A DNA stretch of 64,000 nt, taken from contig JANJGN010000036.1 in the NCBI GenBank assembly GCA_026770705.1, forward strand, positions 3,596,001 to 3,660,000. The letters are read 5' to 3'. The stretch is from Isurus oxyrinchus (taxonomy: Eukaryota). A model generated the notes under the pieces. That model was not told the origin of the DNA. It worked only from the letters and a program-made list of their open reading frames with translations, and did not search any database. Shown here piece after piece: positions 48,490 to 60,339 of the stretch. The position numbers were made by a program, and so were the translations under genes. Each line of letters opens with the position of its first letter. Positions within the stretch are counted from its first letter, which is position 1.

Positions 48490-51400
48490 ATGAGCTTCCT
48501 CGCTGTGTGTGCATTGTCCCATCTCTTCCAGGGTAAGATATCTTAACATGTTCAGATGTTGAGGAGGGATTGGATAGAGTAAATAAGGAGAAACTGGCAG
48601 GAAGGCCTAAAATCAGAGGGAAACAGATTGAATAGAATAGGCCAGAAAACGAGAGGAGGAAATGAGAAGATTTTTCTTTAACTAAGCGAGTTGTTGTGAT
48701 CTGGAAGACTCTGCTTGAAAAGGCGATGGCAGCAGATTCAGTAGGACCTTTCACATGGGGACTTAGATAAATACTTGAGAAGGAAACATTTGCAGGAATA
48801 TGGGGAAAGGAGCGGGCGGGAGAGTAGGGCCTAAGTGGATAGATCTCTCAAAGTGCCAGCACTCTTAAGGGCCGAATGACCTCCACATGCACTGTGAGGT
48901 TCTATAAGATGAAATTCAGTTATCACGTTCTACGTACAAATAGAACGAATATCGTCAACAACGTGGAAAATGTGCATCCGTCAGGATCAATGTATGGAAT
49001 TAATTCGAAATGTAACCTCTCCTGGGATAAAAGGTATGAGTTGGCTCCTTTGACACTATTGGCGATTGAGCAGAGAACAGAGTTTCAAGTACATTGTTAG
49101 AGTGAGTTATAATCTCCTCATCTTGAACAAAATAAAGCGACCAAAGCAGACGGAGAAGAACAAGGAACGAAGGATGGATGAAAGAAAAGTAAAAAAGTTG
49201 GAAAATTTAGATTTGAAGCAGCTCTTTTAATGTATTAACTTCACTCTGTTCCCAAGTGTGAACCCCAGTGATTAAACCAGATTTACTACTGAATGAACTC
49301 CTACTGGGCCCTTGGAAAGACAGGGATAAAAAGGCGGAAATGACCCATTGCACGCGATTTTTCGATATGGGCTATTTTTTAAAAATGATTGTGGCTCCTC
49401 CCTATCGGGATGTATTTGCCGGAGGCCGGTCTCAGGAGAAAGGGGGTGCGTGTGCGGGTTGACGAGCTGCACCATAACCTGAGGTAACCCTTGTTAATTT
49501 CTCTCTCTTTCAGTTATTGCGTCTCAAACTGTCTTGTCCCAGTCTCCACCGGTTCAGACACTCCCTGGGGGGAGTCGCGCTAAACTGAGCTGCCACACGG
49601 ACAGACCAGTAGTTCGCTACGTCTTCTGGTACAGACAGTCGGATCGAAACGACATGGAGTTGTTTTACGCAGCGCATAAGCACCTCCCAGCTGTGGGGAG
49701 GGTTTCCAGCGAGATTTCTGAAAAAGAGGGTTGTAATACAGTGCTCATTGTGGATACACGGAGAAATGATTCTGGAATGTATTACTGTGCAATCCCCAAT
49801 TACACGAACATGGCCCTAACATTCGGAAATGGCTCCCAGTTAGTGATTACAGGTAAATTTAATCATTATTCCATTGAATTGGGCACTTCTACGGAAAATA
49901 AACGTCTCGGGTTTCAGCTGTTAATGGGGTTTCTGTTCAATTTGTCAAATTTAGAGGGCTCCCCCACCATATTCCTCCTCACCCCGCTAGAGGATGAGAT
50001 TCCTTCGATGGAAAGGGTCCCGCTGTTGTGTTTGATCAGAGGCTCGTCCCCCGATTTCTTTCTCGTCCACTGGAATGTTTCCGGGCGGGTTACCGAGACA
50101 CAGACCGATTCCGCGACAATTGAGTCGGACGGGACCTACACCATCAGGAGTTACACCAGCATCTCGGCGGAAACGTGGAGCAGCGGCGCTCTCTGTACTT
50201 GCGCCATTCAAATCAACTCCAGTGAAAATCTTCTCAGTGCAAGTGTCGCATCTCAGAGAGGTAGCTTTTAACAGTGACCGTTTACTAATCTATTTAATGC
50301 TGATGGCAGGCTTTGCAATTTTCCAAATTAGAATTGTCCATCTTTCCGTGTGTGTCCATGTATCATCATTTTATCATTGATCTATCACAGGTCTCTCAAT
50401 CTTTCAGAGTTTAGCTTTCTGAAATGTTAACTCCATCTGTTCTCTCTACCCCAGAGAGTTATCGCTGTTCAATCGCTGAGATAGATTTTTGTACACTAAG
50501 GGAGCAAGTGATGCAGACAGTGCGGGAATGTAAATTTGCTGTACAAAATTAGCCATGGTCTTATTGAATGGCACATCAGCTTTGAGGGACCAAATGGTCT
50601 CCTGCTCCGATTTCTTGTGTTCTTTTTGTCTAGGCATATTGACATGGTTGCATGCTACTGGCTGATTTGTCAGTGTTTAAACTGAAAGGTGTGATTTCAT
50701 TCCCAGTGTACCATTTTGTCACACCATGCTGTGTACAGTTATCCATTCATCTCTCTATCTACTTAACATGCACAATATTTCTGTCCACCTCAGTTAAACA
50801 GTGAGGTGTAAGACATTTTCTGTATCTGTCTGTCCATCTGTTCATCTTTCTATCTATTTCCCCCTCTCTCTCTTTCTCTTAATCAATCAATCTATTTCTG
50901 TCCTAGTGCAGTTTAATATAACTGGCCCATCTGCCTGTCTGTTTGTCTGTCTGACTCTGTCTTTCTCTCTCTCTCTGACCTCCACTCGCTCTCCAACTGC
51001 CTCTCTCTGTCTCCGTCTTTCCCTGTCATTATCCCTGTTTGTGTGTCGCTTTCTGTCTGTCTTGTTCCCTGCGCTAATGATTTATTTATTGTTCCCTTAT
51101 TTAACTAATTTACTCCCCTCTGATTACTTTGAATATCTCTACCGTACTGAAATGGTGCAGCAAAACACATCTATGTCCATTTATCTATCTGCATATCTCA
51201 CTCATGCTCTCTCCACACCTCTCTCCCTGTCATTCTCTCTGATACTTCCTGCCACTCTCTCTTGCCACATCTCTCTCTGACTCTAAATCTCTGGCTCTAT
51301 TTTCAAACTTTTCTTTCTGATTTAATCAGTTCTGTATCAGCNNNNNNNNNNNNNNNNNNNNNNNNNNNNNNNNNNNNNNNNNNNNNNNNNNNNNNNNNNN

Positions 51401-51546
51401 NNNNNNNNNNNNNNNNNNNNNNNNNNNNNNNNNNNNNNNNNNNNNNNNNNNNNNNNNNNNNNNNNNNNNNNNNNNNNNNGTCTGTCTATCTATCTCCCTC
51501 TGTCTGTTTCCCACCTCCATTTCTCCGATTAGAACGGTCTCTCTCC

Positions 51547-51584
<38 letters not shown>

Positions 51585-52966
51585 CTGTCTCCATCTCCTT
51601 TTCATTTTATATGTATCTATCTGACGATGTATCTCTTTATTTCTACCCTAGTCAATCTGATTTGTATCATATATCTGCTTTCTCGGTCAGTCGCTCTCCA
51701 TCTTCCTCTATCTTATTACTTTGTCCTGTTTAATCAGTATAAAATCTCTGCTCTCTTGCTATCCATCCCTGCATCTATCTACCTGTCCACTCCAATTCTC
51801 CTCACTATTTCTATCTCTTTCCATTTCTGTCCCCTTTCATCATTATTCTCTCAGATCTCTGCTCTATTTCAGGATGACGAATTTAGCAAAAAAATCTATT
51901 TCGGTTTGCGGTTGATATCAAACATGTAAATTGGAAACATTTATCTTGTTTAATTAATTCCAGAAACTTCTTTAAACGAGAGTTTCATATCTCTTTTTTT
52001 TTGCAGGTTCTCCGCTACCTACCACCTGCAGTGTCCCGCTTTCCGGGGTTGTGGCGGCGGTGGCGCTTGTCCTTCTGGGAGTGATCCTTCTGGCCGGGAG
52101 AAGGGGCTGCAGGAACCGGCAGACAGGTAGCAATTGTTGGGACACGCTGTTTTCCGCCGCGGTCTCAATCCATTCATTTATCAATTGGATATTGACACTT
52201 TCAGCCGTTTCGTTGTGAAATGTAGCCAGTTATGAGCAGTTGAAATTTTACTTTCTAACAGGAAACATGAACAATGATGAAGAACTGACAGATTCCAGCA
52301 AACAAAGAGAAAACAAAGAGGTAAATGAATGGATTTGTTGCTGCCACTACGCGTGGATACTTTTCACCTACTTTTAATTCAAGTTTTAAAATTAATAGCT
52401 ATTGTTATATGTGCCTTGGCAACTTTGCCTGGTGAGCTCTACAGGGTGGCAGAAACAAGGCTTCAATCCCTCGAGTGCAGAAAATTAAGGGATGATGTTA
52501 CTGAAGGTTTTAAGATGGTTAATGGATCTGGTAGTGGAAATGGAGATGAACTATTTCCCCCTGGTGAGGTTGGAGGGGCGGAGTCTAGAACAAAGGGCAG
52601 AGCGCTATAATTAGTGCAGCACATTCAGGGGTGATATCAGGAAGCACTTTGTCACACAAAAGCCAGAGAAAATCTGTATCTTTCTATCCTCAAAAGGTCT
52701 TGATGCTGCGGGATCAATTGGAAATGACAAAGCTGAGACTAATAGATATTTGTTGGGTAAGGGGATTAAAGATTATAGAACCAAGGTGGGTGGTTGGAAG
52801 TTATGATACAGATCCGCCATCATCTAATGAATAGACGGAAGGGGCTGAATGGCCTCTTCCAATCCCTAAGACGATGGTGCTGGCTATTTTAGTAGATTCT
52901 GTTTTTACTTTTTCTCCACAGACACTTTATGCCCGATTGGCCTTTAAAGAGGATCCCACACTCTGA
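48490..52966 (+). CDS. Gene A4: non-rearranging VJ-C1-TM receptor with TLYARL tail (about 303 aa), apparently intact
   Basis: Exons 48490-48532 (MSFLAVCALSHLFQ), 49514-49852, 49955-50260, 52007-52126, 52262-52320, 52922-52966 (TLYARLAFKEDPTL*); all GT-AG, 912 nt open; an N gap lies in intron 3. Confidence 0.87.
48545..48910 (+). mobile_element. CR1 3' end in intron 1 of A4
   Basis: gagggattggatagagtaaataaggagaaact...agggccgaatgacctcc. Confidence 0.6.
49514..49852 (+). CDS. A4 germline-joined V-J exon
   Basis: LSCHT...FWYRQ...DSGMYYC AIPNYTNMALT FGNGSQLVIT. Confidence 0.93.
49955..50260 (+). CDS. A4 C1-like exon
   Basis: SPTIFLLTP...VPLLCLIRG...VHWN...DGTYTIRS...ETWSSGALCTCAI. Confidence 0.92.
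51342..51479. other. Assembly gap (N run) in CT-rich intron
   Basis: Ns. Confidence 1.
52007..52126 (+). CDS. A4 transmembrane exon
   Basis: SPLPTTCSVPLSGVVAAVALVLLGVILLAGRRGCRNRQT; poly-T acceptor, gtagca donor. Confidence 0.85.
52922..52966 (+). CDS. A4 terminal exon with TLYARL motif
   Basis: tttctccacag acceptor; 45 nt, same size as the A1 exon. Confidence 0.85.
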   Translation, partial: TLYARLAFKEDPTL

Positions 52967-54769
52967 TTGGAGAGGAAAGAGGTGGAGTGCTCACAGTCTG
53001 CTTCCCGAACATGGCCAGCTGTAGAAAGTTTCCTCTGATCACATGTAAGTCTGAGAGTCCAATCGACGCAAATTCAGGCGCGTTCTCGGTGCAATTCTGT
53101 GATTTTGCCCAAAGCGAAGACTGATTTGTCTCTTAATGCTAGCTGTTCGAAAGATCAGATCTCAAATTCCAGCTCCTCCAGGTTTCTGTGATCTGATTTT
53201 AGTGTTTATATTAAAATTCTGCATAATTATACAGTATGTGAGCGAGACATAATTCAAATAAGTTTCACAATGTATCTGTGCTCGAATTACCTAGATATTG
53301 AAACAGAATTGAAAACCAATGACGGCTCTGTGATTCGATTTTTTTTCCATTTATGCCAGGTGCGCTCAGATACCTCTGAGGACAAGGTACAAACATATTT
53401 ATAGAGCGAAGGTAAACAAGATAGAAGTTGTTTTAGGAACCGAAGGGCACTGAATGGGGATTTGGGCTGTATTGATATGAAAGTTGCAATGTTAATGGAC
53501 CCCAAGCCTTCGATGGTTGTGTCCTAGGAGGGAATAGTGTTACAATTACTCTGGAAGGAAGATTATTTACAATTCATCCGCCGTCTTGATAATAAAGTTG
53601 AGTGGAATTTAATGACTACAATCACTGGATCGAAGACAATTAAAGCACAGGAAGAGGCCATTCTGCTCGTCACACCTGTGCCAGGTCTTTGAATGTGCAC
53701 TTTAGTACCACACTACATCCATCTCCTCATGGTCCTAAGGATTAATGTTCTTGTAGCACACCGCCCATTAAATGTTAATGTCTGTCCTGCATACAGCACG
53801 TCCCATCGGCTGTGACTGAAAGTGCTTTGCTGGCCATGTTCATAATTCACAAATGTGAACACAATTCGCTCCTCACATTAGAGTATCAGTCAAAAGCATG
53901 AGTAAATTTGAGCTAATATTTCATTGAGATGTCATCCATTTCCATGACATCTTTAATTTCATCAATATTAAAAGGCTGGCCTGGAAGCCCTTGGTGTGCT
54001 GATTGCCGGATATTTTTTTTAGTGATTAAACTCTGATCTGCAGAACTTTTTATGATCCCCGTTTGTTACGATTAGAAACATTCCCAAATTTACACTGGCT
54101 TGTTCTGCTGTAAAGATTCGTTCTGGGCAGATAACTGGGGAGTTTTTCGAGACATTTATGACAAGATGCACATGGAAAAAGTCGTTCAGCGAAGCACAGT
54201 TCATCCATCTGTAAAGGCTCTGTCATCCTCAGCCAGCAGGACAACGACTGCTTCTTAAAAGAAAAGAAACTCAGGGCATTCGCAACCATCACCCTATTGC
54301 CCCTATGCAGAGAACCATTCTTAGTGCTGATCACTCTGTGTGTCATCGAATCCCAGGCATCCGTCATGTTAATATAATGACACATTAATCTGCAGGCACA
54401 CAGGAGCCATTCAGTCACTCTATTTGGATCTGGCATTCGATCTGATCATGGCTGATGTTAGGAAATTGAGATAGTTTAACTAAATTATATATATATATAT
54501 ATAGAGGTTTAGCTTTAAGGTACACATTTAAGTTTATATTATGTTTTTTTTTCTATTTGTCGATTAAAATATGAAACCTGGCATCTAGTTTCATTTTTGA
54601 GTGGAGGCAGCAGGCCTGAAGTTGTTTGTACACTTGCATTTCTAAAGGGTTTTATGACCCTTGAAGAGAAGGTAAAGCAAACACAAGAGTAGAAACGAAA
54701 ACGGCGCTGTTACCCAGCAATAGGTGTCCAAGGAGGATGGTTTTCGCAGACATAACCACATGGACAGAC

Positions 54770-54794
54770 AAATACACACACACACAAACGGACA

Positions 54795-54864
<70 letters not shown>

Positions 54865-54865
54865 G
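54770..54865 (+). repeat. (CA)n(GA)n microsatellite
   Basis: Direct inspection. Confidence 0.95.
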
Positions 54866-57409
54866 GGCGGGAGGAAAGAAACTTTTTCTGTTTACTTGAA
54901 AACAGCTGCAAGAGAGAGACTAGATAGCAGAGGGACAGATGGCTAGGCCAAAGCAAAAATTGAGGCAGGACTCCAGATAAGCAGCCTACTGTGGGAAGGG
55001 ACGGCAGAGAGCAGATTTTCCAAAAGAGCTGAAAGTTCCTAAGGCCAAGGAGTGAGACAGAAATGGGCGTAAAATCCCAATGAGATGTTCTTGTCAAATG
55101 AAGGACAGGAAACTGAAAAAGGTCCTGCTAATTGAAGTTAAGAGTGAGGAGCTGAGGAAGGCTTCAGGTTTAAAGGGAAAACATTGAAGGAAGAAATTTA
55201 ATGTGGGATAAACTTATGACGAACATGAAATTCCGATGAGACAGCTGATGGTCTGTCACGTTTTACTAAATACGTGTGAATCAGTGGCACACTGGTGACG
55301 ACTGAGTCAGTGAAAAAGAGTGCGAGAATGGAATCTTGAATGCACATGATGACCTTGGGGAGAGAAACTTCTTTGGAAGGAGAGTCAAAATCCTGGAGGT
55401 GGACCCTTGCAGAACGTGCCTGAGAGAAAGCGTCTGTTTGGAAGAAGGCTGCAAAGCGAGTTTGTGGATAGTGGAGATTAGAAACTCTAGTGTGAAGGAC
55501 GGAGCTCAGTGGAACTGGTTGACTCATGGTGTGACAAGCATCTTGTGGGGCGAGTGGGGGTCGGGGATGGTGGGGGCATGTTGGTGGTGGGAATTGATGA
55601 GGCATCGATAGCACCTGTTTCAGGTGTGGGTTGGGTGGTGGGTGTAATTGATTGGATTTGTGGATATGCTCGTTTGAACTGGCAAAGCTATCTGGCGAGT
55701 CACTGCAAGGGAGTTCTGCTCATGCTACCTCTAAACCTCAGCTCCTCAGGTGTAAAAACGGGCAGGTGCCAGTGAGGGAGAAACACCATCAGACACCCAC
55801 TCTGGCGGCACCGGATACGGTGTTTGATGAACTCAATTACCCAACTCAAATCTACCTTTGAGTATTCAAAAAGTCAATAATTAATCTGCTCAGAGACTAT
55901 TTGACAGGAAAGAGCTAATGAGTCCTTCAGAGACAAAATCACACTGGTTTGAAATTTATAAAAGCGGATTCAAATACTTTAATGGTGGTTTTGTGGATTT
56001 TAGCCTATTACCACATTCTGACACTGTTCACTGGTATAATTTATTCTTCAAAACAAATCAGATTGAAAATCTAATAAAGGTTGCCTTAAAATTTAGCCGT
56101 GACTTACTCTGCGAGTGAATCTGATTCACCGTTATTGCCCTCAAATTGGATGCCAGGATGATTCAGTATATCACAAAACGCGGGTTACTGGACACCAGCT
56201 TAAATGTTTTGCGCCGGGTCGCGAAATTCCTGGTCCCGGTTTCGACGTTAAAACTATTATAAAGATTCAACAGGCTGAGCCTCTTTCCCCTAGAAAAATG
56301 GGGTCTGAGAGGGTGACCAGATCGAAGTATTTAAAATTATGAACATATTCGATGCGGCAGACATAAAGAAAATATTCCCACTTGTGGCAGAGAGACCAGA
56401 ACTAGGGACCATCAATATAAGATAGTCGGCAATAAATCCCATCAGAAATGTACGAAAAATCCCTTTACTCATACAGTGTGGAGAAAGTGGAACTCGCTCC
56501 CACAGGCAGTGGCCGAGGTGAATCGCAGAGCTGGGTTGAAGGGGTAATGAAGATAAACTCACGAGGCAGAAAGTAATGGAAGGATATGCTGATGGGGTGA
56601 ATGAAGGGGGGGTGGGAGGTGGATCGTGTGGATCAGAAGCACCGGCACAGAGCAGATGACCGATACTCCGCTGATCCCCATGAGTAATTCTGACACAAAG
56701 AGACAGGCGGGAAGACAGAATCTGGGTGAAACAATTACTAACATATTAGCGTCATATTCTAGCTTTCTCTAATCTGATGTGTTTTTGTTGAAACCAGAAT
56801 AAATTAATGTTGTCTCGGTGAATTAAACAGAACACTCGGAATGAGGGGCATTTCTACTCTGCCCACGCAAATGTCATAAGCGGTAATGTTGTTGAATTCA
56901 GCACCATTGCCTCTTGTCTCCAGTTTGCACCAGCCTGGACTGCGCACCGCCTGTGACGCGTGTTTACCACGATCTGCAGCATGTTGCCCTTTGCAGGCAG
57001 AGCCGTGTGCGGTCTCCTAGTCTGTAAACAGGAAACCCTCAGCTAAAACGTACACCGCGCTGATATTTCCAGTGCGCTATTTTTAAACGTTGCACGTAAT
57101 TTCCGTGAAATGTGCATTTTCACCACGTCTTCCGAACCCAGGACCGAGAACAGAGACACCGGAGCTAAGAGACGCTGAAAATGTTAGAGCAAACGGCCCT
57201 GGATCCGAGACCGAGAGCTTCTTAATGCCCTGTGCGTTGCTGCATCTGTCTCCAGGTTTGTGTCTTATTCACTCTTCAGTCAGATTGGTTAAAGGCCTGT
57301 AAGATAACCAAGTGCAACATTATCCCATTACCCATATTATATAACATTAGCTTCATGTTGAAGGACTGACTTATCAAAATCGATCAAATATCAACATTCT
57401 CCGACCTAT

Positions 57410-57700
57410 AGGATGAGATGTAAAACCGACACCCTCTTTCTGACCCTTTGGGATGGGAAGGGTCCCCGGGCCACTATTAGCAGAGCAACGGAGGAGTGGG
57501 GTGGGGGGACAGAGGCGGCGTTGTTCCCCTCTGTGTCCCTGGGGCCAATATTTATCTCCAAAACAACATCATTAAAGTTACGATCTGGATCATAATCACA
57601 TTGTAATTTGTGGGTCTTGCTGTGCCCAGTTACAGCTGCCGCTCTTCCGACATGACAACAGAGACTAAATTCAAAAAAAAGTCCTTTAATGTCCCTGAAG
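57410..57700 (+). mobile_element. Deu-domain SINE in intron 1 of A5
   Basis: ggatgagatgtaaaaccga...tgtccctggggccaatatttatctc...ttgtgggtcttgctgtgc. Confidence 0.65.
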
Positions 57701-59976
57701 CGCCTTTTCCCCTCTTGTTCCTGGTATTGTTTCAAATTTATCCCTCAACATTTGACTCCATTCGTCTGTGTTAACGAGTGGATGGTCTATTATATATTTT
57801 ACTGTTGTACCCGATTCGCCATCGGAGGTGTTTTATCTCTTCCTGCCATAGCAGAACCCATAGTGTTGGTTGTGTAACTCTCAGTTACTATACGTCAGGC
57901 AGTTTTGTGCCAGACTCCGAAAGTTCAAAGCCTCTCACTTGCACGTACCTACAAGGTGCATTTTGACACTTCTTTGTTAGCGCTGATGTAGAGGCGAGGG
58001 GCGGGCGGGGGGCTGGGTGGGGGTGCGTGGACGTGATATTTTATAACCGGAGTCATCGGACGCATCTGCCACTAGTTTACACCGTGACAGAATACAAATT
58101 TCCAACCGGGAGATTTTCGACAGAATTCAACCAGAATGATTCGGGCATGTTTTCATCAGCGGGAAGTTCTCTATGTTTAGAAATGGTTCCAAATTTCTCA
58201 TCAGAGACACAAACGACGGTCATTTTACAAATTACATCATCCACAACCCGGAAGCTATGGCCAATAGTGATCCCTTCTTAACGCCCGATCCCATCAAGTT
58301 CTCCAATGTTCCACCGTTTTACTCCTCCTCCAGCTGAAATTCTCTGGATGTAAAGTGTCCCTCCGATGTGCTTGGTGAAATCTGTAGGCCCCGATTCCTC
58401 GGCCGTCCGCTGGAATATTTCCCGGCGGGGTGCCCAGGGACAGAGCGATCCCAGGACATTCAACGTGGACGGGGCCTACCCCAATAAGAGTTACATAATT
58501 CTCTGGGCGGAAACTTGCATCAGAGGCGCTCTCTGTACTTGCGCGTTCAAATCAAATCCGGGGAAAATCTTCCACGTGAAAGTGTCTCATCTCAGAGAAG
58601 GAGTTGTTAGTAATTACCTCGTGCATTTAATGTGCGTCCTATTTATTAGCAATATCTCTTTGTATATTAAAATTCCCCCTACCCATGTGTCCACGTATCA
58701 TTTTCTGAGCCCTTACTCCACTCCCATATATCTCACCATTTCAGTATTAACTTTCTCAATTTTAAGTCCACCTGTCTACTTTGGATAAAAACATATGGAG
58801 AGAGATAAACTATTTTGACATGTCAATGGTTAAATAAAATCTCAATTGTCTGTTTATCACTTTCACTTTAGATTCTTCTATGTCATTATAATTATTCCAT
58901 AGAACTTCCAGCACAGAAACAGTTCATTCGGTCCTTTAGCTCGGTGCTGGTGTTCTTGCTCCAGAAGAACCTCTTCCCATCCCCTCTTCATCTCACCGCA
59001 TCAACATATCCCTCCGTTCCTTTCTCCCTCATGCATTTGCACAGCCCAATGGGAATGAGCTCCACATTCTCACCGGTCCCTGGTTAAAGAATTTTCTCTT
59101 GATTTCTGGATTGGATTTGTTATTGACTCTGATATTGATGGATTCTAGTTCTAGTCGCTCCCGAAAAGTGCTAATACCTTCTCTACTCCTGGTCAAAAAT
59201 CCCTTTCGTTGTCTTAAAGATCTTCATCAGGTCGCCCCACAGACTTCTCTTTTCTATAAAAACCGAAGATAGACTGTTCAAACTTTCTGACTGTTATTAC
59301 CTTTCAGTTTTGGTATCATTCAAGTCAACCTTTACTTTTTTGCACCTTCACCTTTGCTTCTATATTTAATAATGATATTGTGATCAGAATTCTTCACAGG
59401 ACTCAAAGTGTGGCCCAGCTAAGTTTTGTAATAAGTTTATTGTCGCCTTTCTTCTTTTCATTGCTGGGTCTTTTTTTAAATTCACTGAATTAACCTCTTT
59501 CACTTGTTTGAATGATTTTTGTGCCGGTACCTCAGAACCTTCTGCTCATCAATCTGATTTAAACTCTTATTGTCCCATGAGTGTGTAGCCAAAACCCTAT
59601 CACTAAATCTTATCCGGACCCCAATCCTTATCCTTCTGAGCAAATCGGTCTCTATATAACGTTTCATCCAGGACAAAAAAAAATAATTTTTTGATGGCTA
59701 TAAGATAATTATTCTTTAATGCGTGGTGGACAAACACTTAGCAAAAGTTATTATCAATCAATATGGTGAGAATTTCTAAATAGATAGGCTAATTAAGGCC
59801 ATCCACAACCGATTTGTGAAAGTGTAGTCATGCTTAACACATTTAATAGAGATTCCTCTTCTAGAAGTGTCCGAGTGGACAGTTAAAGTGAATGCAGTAG
59901 ATAGATCCTGTATGAGGTTCCACAAGGTATTCATGCATTTGTGTTTGATAAATTTATCTATGTATCTCTCACTCGC

Positions 59977-60339
59977 NNNNNNNNNNNNNNNNNNNNNNNN
60001 NNNNNNNNNNNNNNNNNNNNNNNNNNNNNNNNNNNNNNNNNNNNNNNNNNNNNNNNNNNNNNNNNNNNNNNNNNNNNNNNNNNNNNNNNNNNNNNNNNNN
60101 NNNNNNNNNNNNNNNNNNNNNNNNNNNNNNNNNNNNNNNNNNNNNNNNNNNNNNNNNNNNNNNNNNNNNNNNNNNNNNNNNNNNNNNNNNNNNNNNNNNN
60201 NNNNNNNNNNNNNNNNNNNNNNNNNNNNNNNNNNNNNNNNNNNNNNNNNNNNNNNNNNNNNNNNNNNNNNNNNNNNNNNNNNNNNNNNNNNNNNNNNNNN
60301 NNNNNNNNNNNNNNNNNNNNNNNNNNNNNNNNNNNNNNN
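59977..60339. other. Assembly gap (N run)
   Basis: Ns. Confidence 1.

Noticed and set aside
48071-48754. 227-aa minus-strand ORF
   Set aside because: Antisense across CR1 fragments and the A4 promoter/leader; no recognisable domain
52127-52218. Read-through of the A4 TM exon to TGA as the true C-terminus
   Set aside because: Downstream 59-nt and 45-nt exons match A1 in size, phase and motif, which favours splicing
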